51,741 nucleotides of DNA from a virus: the IMG/VR virus record IMGVR_UViG_3300033075_001605, one strand, 5' to 3'. Both the position numbers and the translations under genes were made by a program. Shown in pieces: positions 26,638 through 34,945 of this stretch. How positions within the stretch are numbered: position 1 is the stretch's first letter; each line of letters starts with the position of its first letter. The notes below the pieces were generated by a model, which was not told the DNA's origin, made no database searches, and worked only from the letters and a program-made list of their open reading frames with translations.

Positions 26638-28029
26638 ATGAAATTTAGCAGTATCAAGGCAGCATCCAGCGTTGTGGAAGAAGTTCATAACGTTCTTAGC
26701 CAAAAACACGTCAAAAAGGTCTTTCGTCTTGGATCTGACATTGTCAATGAAATCAATCCTTTCATTGACAATCCGACCTGGATGACGGGCGCCCGGGCGC
26801 TCCTTGGGGTCGGAAAAATCCTTGTCAACGAGGCTGACTATTACAGCGATGACTTTTTCAACAACGGCGAATGGTTGCAGCCGTACAGCACTGACTTCAA
26901 CCCGTTGATCATCAAGCTGCTGTCTAAGTTTCCTCAGACTGTCATCAAGACCTCCGAAGAAAACGTTGTCATCAAGCTTGTTACGGTTGACAACGTAAAG
27001 ATTGCGTGGACGTCCAACACCAAGCTCAAGTCCATTTCACCAGATCTTTACGTCAAATCTGAACACATTGACCAGGGTCGCGAGATTATCAAGCACCTCC
27101 TTTGGGAACACTTCAAAGGAAAGCCTTTGGTGATGCATAAGGGAAGCCAAATGGTTTCTTCGTATGAAGAAAGCAAGATTGCTTTTGAAATTGACGATAC
27201 GTTCAACCCGCTCCCTTCTGAACAAGCAACAAGGTACGCAAGCTACTTGACACGATGCTTTAATGCTGGCGTTCACAGGAGCGTCATGCTGTATGGGTCG
27301 CCGGGGACCGGTAAGTCCACGATGGCTAGGACGTTGGTTGACATCTTGAAGCTGAGGTCGTTTAGGATTAGGGTCGAAGACATTCGAAGCCTTGACAACA
27401 AGACGCTGTTTGAGGCGATCAACATCTTTGAGCCTGATGCTGTCATCCTAGATGACTTTGACAGGACGCATCAGCAGGCGATGTTGCTGGAAACGCTGGA
27501 GTTTTTCCAACGACACGTCAAGCTGGTCGTGGCGACTGTCAACGAGATGAACTCGCTTGACGATGCGCTGCTGCGCCCTGGTCGGTTTGATGAGCTGATG
27601 CTCGTTGAACGTATGGACGAAGGCGTTGTCAAGAAAACGTTGGGGCAGTACGTTGATGGGTTTGATCTGGTAAAGAACTGGCCGATCGCCTTCATCCAAG
27701 AGTATTGCAAGCGTCGTCGTTTCATGGATCTTGATGAGGCAGCAAACGCAATGATTGAACTCTCTTCTAGAGTGAAAAACCTCAGCAAGTATGACGCCGC
27801 CCAGCTATGGTCTCAGCTTGAGCCGTCTAACGCCCACGACGATTCCGTTGACCAAAACGTTCCTGACACTGACCAGCCCGGTGACGATGTTCCTTCGACA
27901 ATGCCGTCAGTTCGTTCAAGCAGCGTTAGCGGTTCGCCCAGCTACTCGCTAGCAGAAATGTTTGATTATGCGTTTGCGAACAAGCGCACTGGTCGCAAGA
28001 AGCGAACCAAGGGCTTCACTAAGCGATAG
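26638..28029 (+). CDS. AAA+ ATPase
   Basis: Walker A is LYGSPGTGKST. Walker B is AVILDDFD. The second region of homology is LLRPGRFDE. A perfect 12-bp palindrome AGGTGATCACCT lies just upstream at about 26611. Confidence 0.75.
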   Translation: MKFSSIKAASSVVEEVHNVLSQKHVKKVFRLGSDIVNEINPFIDNPTWMTGARALLGVGKILVNEADYYSDDFFNNGEWLQPYSTDFNPLIIKLLSKFPQTVIKTSEENVVIKLVTVDNVKIAWTSNTKLKSISPDLYVKSEHIDQGREIIKHLLWEHFKGKPLVMHKGSQMVSSYEESKIAFEIDDTFNPLPSEQATRYASYLTRCFNAGVHRSVMLYGSPGTGKSTMARTLVDILKLRSFRIRVEDIRSLDNKTLFEAINIFEPDAVILDDFDRTHQQAMLLETLEFFQRHVKLVVATVNEMNSLDDALLRPGRFDELMLVERMDEGVVKKTLGQYVDGFDLVKNWPIAFIQEYCKRRRFMDLDEAANAMIELSSRVKNLSKYDAAQLWSQLEPSNAHDDSVDQNVPDTDQPGDDVPSTMPSVRSSSVSGSPSYSLAEMFDYAFANKRTGRKKRTKGFTKR

Positions 28030-28080
28030 TTAAGGAAAAAGCAAGGCGTTACACAAATCCTTAAAGGAGCTTGTTAGTTA

Positions 28081-28365
28081 GTGAATGTAAAGATGGCCAC
28101 GCGCAACCCTACCAATGCAAAGATCGATGACGGTCTGTGCACTGACTACGTGTTGCATAAGTCGCAGCAGACGATCTTTAATGGGATCCAGGGAAAGATC
28201 ATTGACTACACTGAGCATCGTCTGCTGCGTTACCTAAGCACCGTCAAGGACCCTCAGCAGCGTCTTGTCTTGACAGCGATTCTTCATGACTACTGCTTAG
28301 GGCACATAGCAATTGCATGGAAGCGCGGCTCTCCGACTTACCTTCGCGTGACAAAACAAAGGTAG
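28081..28365 (+). CDS. hypothetical protein (upstream of groEL; not GroES-like)
   Basis: 94-aa ORF with a GTG start and AAAGGAG upstream. Confidence 0.5.
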   Translation: MNVKMATRNPTNAKIDDGLCTDYVLHKSQQTIFNGIQGKIIDYTEHRLLRYLSTVKDPQQRLVLTAILHDYCLGHIAIAWKRGSPTYLRVTKQR

Positions 28366-28398
28366 CACAGCTCATGCGTTTGAGTTAGTATCAAGCTC

Positions 28399-30036
28399 AT
28401 GAGTTTTAACGAACCAAGCCTTACCACGAAGGTTTTGTTTTCTAGCGCGGCGCGCGACAAGTTGTTTGACGGCATGTCAATCGCTGCAAACGCTGTCGGA
28501 TGCACCTTGGGCCCAAAAGGCAAGACTGTTTTAATCCAACGTGACGGTTTGTCTCCCTTGGTCACCAAGGACGGTGTGACTGTCAGCAAGTCGATTAGGC
28601 TCAAGGACCCGGTGAAGAGGATGGGTGCTGAGCTTATCCGTGAAGCAGCTGCCCAGACAAATGAAGTTGCAGGAGACGGTACCACGACTGCGACCGTCCT
28701 CACGATTGCGATGGTGAGGGAGGGGCTAAAGCTGCTCGACGCCGGCTTTCCTGCAAAAGAGCTATGCGCTGGGATTGAAAGCGCAAGAACTCGTGTTGAC
28801 GCAGAGCTATGCTCAGCCGCAAAGCAGCTAACGACGTTGTCTGAGATCGAACAGGTTGGCACGATCAGCGCAAACGGTGATGCAGTCATCGGCGGCCTTA
28901 TCGCACAGGCAATGGACAGGGTGGGCCGCGACGGCGTCATCACAGTAGAAGATGCAAAAGGAATGGCTACTACGCTAGACATTGTCGAAGGCATGCAGTT
29001 CGACCGTGGCTACCTTAGCCCATACTTTGTGAACAACCCAGAGCGAATGGTTGCAGCGTATGCAGACGCATTTGTCTTGGTGACAGACAAGAAGCTTTCA
29101 AACCTTCGCGACCTCGTCCCGTTGCTGGAACACGTCATCAAGCTCCAGAAAGGATTGTTGATCATCGCAGAAGACGTTGAAGGCGAGGCATTGCAAGGCC
29201 TAGTCCTCAACAGGGTCAAGTCGCAGCTGCCTGTGGCTGCCATCAAGGCACCTGGCTACGGCAACCACCGTGACGAGCTGCTGCAGGACATCTGTGCCTT
29301 AACGGGAGCCAAGCTTGTGTCTAGCTCAACAGGCGTCGCAGTAGCAGAAGCTGCAAAGTCGTTGGGACAGGTGAAAAGGTTTGTTGTCGACGCTAAATCG
29401 ACGACGCTGGTTGGTTCTGGAAAGACAAAGGAAGACGTTGAAAAATACGTCTCTGAGCTGCGCATTCGTCTGGATGACGTTACGCTCGGTGCAGAAGAGA
29501 TCGCTAAGCTAAAGGTACGCATCGCCAAGCTAGCCAGCGGTGTTGCAGTCATCAAGGTCGGTGGAGCCACTGAGGTTGAGATGATTGAACGAAAGTACCG
29601 CATCGAGGACGCGCTAAACGCGACCAAGGCTGCTGCCCAAGAAGGAATCGTCCCTGGCGGAGGGATGGCGCTTGTCAATGCATACAAAAAGCTAGACGGA
29701 GCCAAGGTGGGCCCAGAACCAAAGCAGATGGGCGAAAGCATAGTGTTTAAGGCTTGTCTGGAGCCTCTTCGTCGGATCGTGGAGAACGCAGGACGGGCGC
29801 CTGATGTTGTGGTAAACGATGTCATGCGCATGCAGCAAGATGGCTCATCAGCAAACGGATATAACGGGTCAACCGGCTGCTACGAAGACCTCATCGTCGC
29901 AGGAATCGTTGACCCTGTGAAGGTCACCAGGACTGCACTAAAGAACGCAGCGTCAGTCGCAGTTACGTTTTTGTCGCTAGATGCTGTCATCTACGATGAG
30001 TGTGAAAGAAAGGCAGGCGTCGATGCAAACAAGTGA
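28399..30036 (+). CDS. groL: chaperonin GroEL (Hsp60, group I)
   Basis: AAVEEGIVPGGG, AGDGTTTATVL and the apical and equatorial order are collinear with GroEL over 545 aa. Confidence 0.9.
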   Translation: MSFNEPSLTTKVLFSSAARDKLFDGMSIAANAVGCTLGPKGKTVLIQRDGLSPLVTKDGVTVSKSIRLKDPVKRMGAELIREAAAQTNEVAGDGTTTATVLTIAMVREGLKLLDAGFPAKELCAGIESARTRVDAELCSAAKQLTTLSEIEQVGTISANGDAVIGGLIAQAMDRVGRDGVITVEDAKGMATTLDIVEGMQFDRGYLSPYFVNNPERMVAAYADAFVLVTDKKLSNLRDLVPLLEHVIKLQKGLLIIAEDVEGEALQGLVLNRVKSQLPVAAIKAPGYGNHRDELLQDICALTGAKLVSSSTGVAVAEAAKSLGQVKRFVVDAKSTTLVGSGKTKEDVEKYVSELRIRLDDVTLGAEEIAKLKVRIAKLASGVAVIKVGGATEVEMIERKYRIEDALNATKAAAQEGIVPGGGMALVNAYKKLDGAKVGPEPKQMGESIVFKACLEPLRRIVENAGRAPDVVVNDVMRMQQDGSSANGYNGSTGCYEDLIVAGIVDPVKVTRTALKNAASVAVTFLSLDAVIYDECERKAGVDANK

Positions 30037-30439
30037 AAGCGTCAAGAACCCTATGATGCACGAGCAGCTGATGTGGGAAAACCTCCTTAACCATGAAGAG
30101 GCTTTGTCATACGAAGGTGTGTTGGCTCGCTTCAACGAAAGGATCGTTGACCTTCAAATCGTTAAGGAAAAGCTGAGAGGACAGGTCGTTACCATGGCAG
30201 TTGTGGGAGCCTGTGCGCTTATCGGGTTGCTTCACAGCTATTTTGCAGCAGCCGTTGTGACAACGTCTCTCGCTGTCTCAAGCGTTCTTATGCTATACTT
30301 AGAGATGTTTTTGACCAAGAAAAGGATGATGGCTGCGTTTGATGAGCTAAACGAACTGACGGTTGAGCTGTCGTGCAAGGTCGTTGAACGCTCGACTGGG
30401 CATAAGATTGACTATGTCCCGATGCCTAAAGACAGGTGA
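30023..30439 (+). CDS. small membrane protein (2 TM)
   Basis: VVTMAVVGACALIGLLHSYFAAAVVTTSLAVSSVLMLYL. The ATG overlaps the GroEL 3' end. Confidence 0.45.
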   Translation: MQTSESVKNPMMHEQLMWENLLNHEEALSYEGVLARFNERIVDLQIVKEKLRGQVVTMAVVGACALIGLLHSYFAAAVVTTSLAVSSVLMLYLEMFLTKKRMMAAFDELNELTVELSCKVVERSTGHKIDYVPMPKDR

Positions 30440-30572
30440 CCTTGTCGTTTTTCGAAACGAACGCAAAGACATTGGGATCGTTTTAGCGTTTGCTAGCCTA
30501 GAAGATACTGGGCTGTTGATCAAACCGATCATGGTGTTTTGGGTCAAACGAGAGCTTGCATCGTTTTCATAG
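30414..30572 (+). CDS. small protein, xPGDLV family member (52 aa)
   Basis: MSRCLKTGDLVVFRNERKDIGIVLAFASLEDTGLLIKPIMVFWVKRE. The ATG overlaps the upstream stop. Confidence 0.4.
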   Translation: MSRCLKTGDLVVFRNERKDIGIVLAFASLEDTGLLIKPIMVFWVKRELASFS

Positions 30573-30616
30573 CACCATGAGACTTCGTTGATGGTTGTAA
30601 ATACTACGGTGTAAGG

Positions 30617-30901
30617 TTGAATAAACACGTTAGCCATGATGACGCGTGTGGCGCATGTCATAGAAGGCATGAGCCTGGGCGCTGTGAACGAAATGGTCAG
30701 CCACGGTTCTTGGTTGGTGACATGGTCATAAAAGAGCCACAGACAGCCGTCTACAAGCTCCGCGGCATCGTTGTAGGCGTTAGAAGAAGCAACCAGAACG
30801 CCATACTTCCCCCAGAGATCTACCCTTACGTCTACTACGTCTTTTTTAACGACGGCATCCTAGAAGGGCCGCTGTTTCATAGCCAACTTTCGGCCTCTTG
30901 A
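30617..30901 (+). CDS. small protein, family-like (Cys-rich N-terminal extension)
   Basis: FLVGDMVIKE...GIVVGV...YYVFFNDG. Confidence 0.4.
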   Translation: MNKHVSHDDACGACHRRHEPGRCERNGQPRFLVGDMVIKEPQTAVYKLRGIVVGVRRSNQNAILPPEIYPYVYYVFFNDGILEGPLFHSQLSAS

Positions 30902-30955
30902 CCTTAGTCGCTCTGGCGGCTCCCGAGGCCAGCCGAGACCGTGATCATACCCTTC

Positions 30956-31249
30956 TCAGGGGTCCCCAGAATAATCTTCTTTGCCGCGGTAAGGTTTCCC
31001 CCAGTTAAGCGGCACGCAATAATCTGAATGAGAGAACCAGCAAAGCCTGCCGTTCACGACGACAAGAAGGCGCACCTTTTGACCAGCAAAAAACGTTGCA
31101 ACGAGAAGCCCTAGCGTTCCTTCAACGATCTTTATGCGATCGTCGTCTTCGCCTCGAAAGTCCGGCCCTTGCCATGACACAAGCGTCCTTTGTGACACCA
31201 AGATGTCGCCGGGAACAAACGTTATTGCGTTGAAACGTTTTTCTTCCAT
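30956..31249 (-). CDS. small protein, xPGDLV family member
   Basis: FVPGDILVSQRTLVSWQGPD...LLVVVNGRLCWF. Confidence 0.45.
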   Translation of the reverse strand: MEEKRFNAITFVPGDILVSQRTLVSWQGPDFRGEDDDRIKIVEGTLGLLVATFFAGQKVRLLVVVNGRLCWFSHSDYCVPLNWGKPYRGKEDYSGDP

Positions 31250-31301
31250 CTACAACCTAAGACACTACCATTTGCTTTGGTGCGTTGCACTGTGATACAA
31301 T

Positions 31302-31664
31302 TTGCTGATGGAGCTTGAGCTACAAGGGCTTGCTGAAACAAACGTTGAAGGAAACGTTGAGATCATGCTTCCTAGCTTTATGATGATGCTACCACAAGGA
31401 ACGCTTGACACGATCGACGCCGCAAAGACGCCTGACGCCGTCGTTGCTGCTGGCTTGCGCCCAATGACGACTGAGGTCGTTTTTCTAACCGCTGACGGAA
31501 GGCTATTTTGCCTTGACGCAGCAGCGAACGGCTTGCCCGTTGGCGAGGCAGCTCCCTCTGGATCTGGAGAGCTGTTCACCATCAATGATGTTCTCAACGT
31601 TCCTGTGGCATGGGCGCTGCAACGCTCTAGACTGCTAGCAACCGTTGACATCACAGATATGTAA
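31302..31664 (+). CDS. hypothetical protein
   Basis: 120-aa ORF on the same strand as infA. The antisense ORF is low-complexity. Confidence 0.45.
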   Translation: MLMELELQGLAETNVEGNVEIMLPSFMMMLPQGTLDTIDAAKTPDAVVAAGLRPMTTEVVFLTADGRLFCLDAAANGLPVGEAAPSGSGELFTINDVLNVPVAWALQRSRLLATVDITDM

Positions 31665-31701
31665 TTTTAACACTAAGTGTGTTATTGTGGTATACAGAGG
31701 C

Positions 31702-31962
31702 ATGGCAAAAAAGAAAAACAACAGGTACGTTGAGCAGGACCAAACACGCGACGATCGGCTAGAGCTTGATGGCGTCGTTGAAGAGGCGATGCCAAGCACC
31801 TTGTTCAAGGTAAGGTGCATCAGCGGGTTGATGGTGATCTGCACGCTAGGTGGAAAGCTACGTATCAACAGGATCAGGGTGCTCCCTGGCGACAGGGTAA
31901 AGATCGAGGTTTCTCCTTACGACACAAGCAAGGGACGCGTTGTATGGAGGGAAAAATCTTGA
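31702..31962 (+). CDS. infA: translation initiation factor IF-1
   Basis: LGGKLRINRIRVLPGDRVKIEVSPYDTSKGRVVWR matches [34 protein letters not shown] of bacterial IF-1. The internal ATG with GAGG upstream is used. Confidence 0.85.
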   Translation: MAKKKNNRYVEQDQTRDDRLELDGVVEEAMPSTLFKVRCISGLMVICTLGGKLRINRIRVLPGDRVKIEVSPYDTSKGRVVWREKS

Positions 31963-31975
31963 CGTTTGTTGCAGC

Positions 31976-32233
31976 ATGACCTATGGCGTTGCAATAGTTA
32001 GCTACATGACTGCGCTAAAGGTTGCTAGCTATGTTGGTGCAACGTTAACGTTGCTGACGTTTGTTTGTTCGTTAGCGTTTAGTGCATGGTTTGCGATCGC
32101 CAGGCACCACGTAGGAGGCAGCCTTTGCCTTCTTGCGATCGCAGTAATCGATGCATTGTTTGTCGCCTGGCACGACTGGCCGCTGATCTGGAAGCCGTTG
32201 TTCGTCAAGCCTGAGACGCAGGCTAAGCCTTGA
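31976..32233 (+). CDS. small membrane protein (2-3 TM)
   Basis: MTYGVAIVSYMTALKVASYVGATLTLLTFVCSLAFSAWFAIA... Confidence 0.4.
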   Translation: MTYGVAIVSYMTALKVASYVGATLTLLTFVCSLAFSAWFAIARHHVGGSLCLLAIAVIDALFVAWHDWPLIWKPLFVKPETQAKP

Positions 32234-32438
32234 CAAGCATGCTTGGGTGGTAGCAGTAGCGTAAGCCGCTAGGTTGCCATCGTACGTCCAACTCGGGTCC
32301 CTTTTGGGACCCGAAGTCAGTTGGGCCTTCGACAACGCCTACGCATTCGCCAAACTCGTCTACGTGTTCCTTGCTATCGTTTGTTCGAAGCTCACGTTTC
32401 AAAGCCTCGCTCATCTTGACAAGCGTTCCAGCCTTCAT
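32223..32438 (-). CDS. small protein, family-like
   Basis: MKAGTLVKM...GVVEGP...VRWQPSG. Confidence 0.4.
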   Translation of the reverse strand: MKAGTLVKMSEALKRELRTNDSKEHVDEFGECVGVVEGPTDFGSQKGPELDVRWQPSGLRYCYHPSMLVKA

Positions 32439-32439
32439 A

Positions 32440-33204
32440 TTAGTACGTACCTACGTCTCCATCGATGAGGTATAGCTCACGGTCTGCTCTCTTGCTACCA
32501 GTCGAAGGGCACGGTTGACGAACGATTTGGTTGTCTGGCAACACAAATGCCCAAAGCTCCTTCCCAAAGCACCCTCCGCCGTCGATGCCCACGACGAGGT
32601 GGTTGACTAGCGGCTTGTTGAGGACGCTGTGACCAAAGATGATTCTTTCTGGGCCGCCCCAAAAATGCGTCCAAAACCTCCAATCTTTTTCACTTGAAGG
32701 CACCCTGCTTGGCCAAAGCGTTTGTTCAACGCCGTTGGGACTCTTGGCAAACGGTCTGATCGACTGGATGTGAAGCAGGTGACGTTTGCTCTGTTGTTCA
32801 AGCGAACGTTGCGGCCAGACGCCTGCGTGTACGCAGGCAGCGTTGTATTCTGGAAGCCTGATGTACATCGGAAGCGTTCTCATGTACTCATAGTGACGAG
32901 GCTTTAGCTGCGAGCGCGTGCGCATGTGCGACTCTGATCTGACGTCTGCCTTGCCGTGTTGTTTTTCTGCGTCATCGTATGAAAGGTGACGTTCTTCATG
33001 GTTTCCTAGCACGCAGGCGGGAGCGCCTTGCTCCTTTTCAATTCGCATGGCTAGGTCAACGCAGCCAGCGCTGTCAGGGCCTCTATCCACGAGGTCGCCA
33101 AGCAGAATGATACGATCGTTCGCGGTTGCTTGGCATTTTTCAAGCAGCAGGTGCGCCTCGTGGCACATCCCGTGAAGGTCGCCTATCACAATCGTTCGTT
33201 TCAT
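32440..33204 (-). CDS. Ser/Thr protein phosphatase, metallophosphoesterase (lambda PPase/ApaH-like)
   Basis: GDLHG, GDLVDRGP and GNHE are the calcineurin-like motifs. Confidence 0.8.
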   Translation of the reverse strand: MKRTIVIGDLHGMCHEAHLLLEKCQATANDRIILLGDLVDRGPDSAGCVDLAMRIEKEQGAPACVLGNHEERHLSYDDAEKQHGKADVRSESHMRTRSQLKPRHYEYMRTLPMYIRLPEYNAACVHAGVWPQRSLEQQSKRHLLHIQSIRPFAKSPNGVEQTLWPSRVPSSEKDWRFWTHFWGGPERIIFGHSVLNKPLVNHLVVGIDGGGCFGKELWAFVLPDNQIVRQPCPSTGSKRADRELYLIDGDVGTY

Positions 33205-33407
33205 GAACTCGTAGTCTCCTCTGAGAATAATTCCTCAACGCGCCAGGCATCATGTAGCTTTCTAAGGTTTGAGTCAAAAAGCAAAAACGCCCCCCATTTG
33301 TGGCCTTTCGTTCCAAACCCATGCTTCCATGTGCTTACGACCAAAGCAAAAACCTTTCGCTTAGCCCTTTGGTCGTAGGTTGTCAACAACGTTCCTGGCT
33401 TCCACAC
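33201..33407 (-). CDS. small protein, xPGDLV family member
   Basis: MWKPGTLLTTYD...ALVVSTW. The 4-nt overlap is with the start of the phosphatase gene. Confidence 0.45.
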   Translation of the reverse strand: MWKPGTLLTTYDQRAKRKVFALVVSTWKHGFGTKGHKWGAFLLFDSNLRKLHDAWRVEELFSEETTSS

Positions 33408-33413
33408 TGTCGT

Positions 33414-33698
33414 CTAGTTGATGTCGTAAAGATGCGTTGGGAGCTTGATGAGGCTAAGCTGCTCGATGCTGAGCTGCGCCGTTAGCTCCTTGTCCTCAAA
33501 GACGACGCCGAGGTGCTGCTCATTGATGTCACGGTGTTCAATGTTGATTGTGACGTCATTCCATTCTTTGACCTGCTCTAGGTCGACGGTACGCAACATG
33601 AACCACGCTGCCAACGAATCAAGCCTGAGGAACATGCAAACCTTTGCTAAGAACGCAAACAGCAGCTTAATCATGAGCTTTACTATATCACCCATCAA
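33414..33698 (-). CDS. hypothetical protein (hydrophobic N-terminus)
   Basis: 94-aa ORF. Confidence 0.35.
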   Translation of the reverse strand: MMGDIVKLMIKLLFAFLAKVCMFLRLDSLAAWFMLRTVDLEQVKEWNDVTINIEHRDINEQHLGVVFEDKELTAQLSIEQLSLIKLPTHLYDIN

Positions 33699-33742
33699 AG
33701 AAAGGTTACAATGCTGCTGTCACAAACTGTATATGTAAGCCT

Positions 33743-34066
33743 GTGAAGATCAAGCTGGGAGCGTTACGGCGCCTCATCAGGGAGGCGTTGTTGTCAGAGT
33801 GGGCAGGCTCGCCGCCCACAAAGCCGATGTTTGACTACGTCAACAACCCGTTGTCGCCAAACCTGGCTGACAGGGAACAGCTCGGAAGCCTGGCTAACAC
33901 CGATGAAGCGCCAGAAGATGACCTGCCAGATCACCTTCGAGAGCCGGAGCTAACGCCTGAGGAATGCTACGGTCCGGTTCCGCCAGACGCGCCTGATCCT
34001 TACGTCCAGGCTGATCCGTTTGTCAAGTCACATTCACCGATTCCGACGCCAGGGATCAGGCGTTAA
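33743..34066 (+). CDS. hypothetical protein
   Basis: The start is GTG. The N-terminus MKIKLGALRRLIREALL carries the shared [LIV]xE motif. The C-terminus is Pro/Asp-rich. Confidence 0.5.
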   Translation: MKIKLGALRRLIREALLSEWAGSPPTKPMFDYVNNPLSPNLADREQLGSLANTDEAPEDDLPDHLREPELTPEECYGPVPPDAPDPYVQADPFVKSHSPIPTPGIRR

Positions 34067-34919
34067 GCAGCTCAACTCCACCTCGCGACGCAAGCATTTT
34101 TAACGCTACGTTTCTGTTGTAGGCATCCTTTAGCGGCAACGTCGAGACCAACAATAGGTCTTGATCGCTCAGGAACGTGAGAAGCTCCTTCATCCTGCTC
34201 ATGACTGAATGATGGGTGTAAGGACCCCAAGGAAGCTCAACGGGAGCCTTCTTGAGCTTCTCGATGACCTTAAACGCATTTTCACACAGCTCTTGCGACG
34301 TTTTTGGCGTCAGGCCCCTCAGGTGATGGCGCATCTGCCACTTTACGATACGTGCGATCGTGAAGTCAGATTCCCAGTTTGCAACGTGAAGCAGCTTTGC
34401 GTCATCCAGCTCGTCCCACCCGTTGGGGACGATCTTTTCTTTGTCGTTGAACGCAACCATTCCGTTGTAGATGTCAAATGACGACAGCACATCAATGATG
34501 TCACCAGTGTACCTTTTGACAACCTGCAGCTGGCTCACGCTGTTCTGAAAGTTGATGCAGGCTCCCGTGGGCGACACGTTGGCGTTGAATGCACGACGCA
34601 GGTTTCTGTCTCGTTTGAGAGCACCCAGAAACGAATTGATCGCTTCATCGTTTGGGAAAAACAGGTCAATGTCTCCCGACAGGCCTCGGTGTTCGATGAT
34701 AGCATCCCGAAGGTCGTCAACAGATTTATTGTCTGCTGAGATCACGATCCTCGCAAAGCCGCCAGCAACATACGCTCCGTGGGAAAACGCAAGGCTGACA
34801 AGGTCAGGCGTTGTGTCAAACAATCGCCTTTCCTCGTTTTTATCTGACCGGTAGCTTGCCTTTAACATTTCAAAGGCGTCGCTAGGTGTCCTGCTGAACT
34901 CAAGCTGCTCCATGGGCAA
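34056..34919 (-). CDS. Pol-beta-superfamily nucleotidyltransferase
   Basis: HGAYVAGGFARIVISADNKSVDDLRDAIIEHRGLSGDIDLFF has the hG[GS] motif followed by [DE]h[DE]h. Confidence 0.5.
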   Translation of the reverse strand: MPMEQLEFSRTPSDAFEMLKASYRSDKNEERRLFDTTPDLVSLAFSHGAYVAGGFARIVISADNKSVDDLRDAIIEHRGLSGDIDLFFPNDEAINSFLGALKRDRNLRRAFNANVSPTGACINFQNSVSQLQVVKRYTGDIIDVLSSFDIYNGMVAFNDKEKIVPNGWDELDDAKLLHVANWESDFTIARIVKWQMRHHLRGLTPKTSQELCENAFKVIEKLKKAPVELPWGPYTHHSVMSRMKELLTFLSDQDLLLVSTLPLKDAYNRNVALKMLASRGGVELLNA

Positions 34920-34945
34920 AACCTACCACAGAAAGCCGCATGTTT

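Noticed and set aside
28081-28365. Possible GroES co-chaperonin upstream of groEL
   Set aside because: There is no mobile-loop or GroES-like beta-barrel signature (no ...AGGIVL...GD.V.F pattern). It is kept as a hypothetical protein.
31265-31654. 129-aa minus-strand ORF antisense to 31302..31664
   Set aside because: Its translation is Ser/Ala/Thr-rich low complexity. The plus-strand ORF is more protein-like and is co-oriented with infA immediately downstream.
33706-33735. TTACAA-N18-TATATG promoter-like site directly abutting the GTG start of 33743..34066
   Set aside because: It would imply a leaderless GTG-initiated mRNA, which is unlikely. It could instead serve the divergent minus-strand gene. 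The evidence is too weak to annotate.
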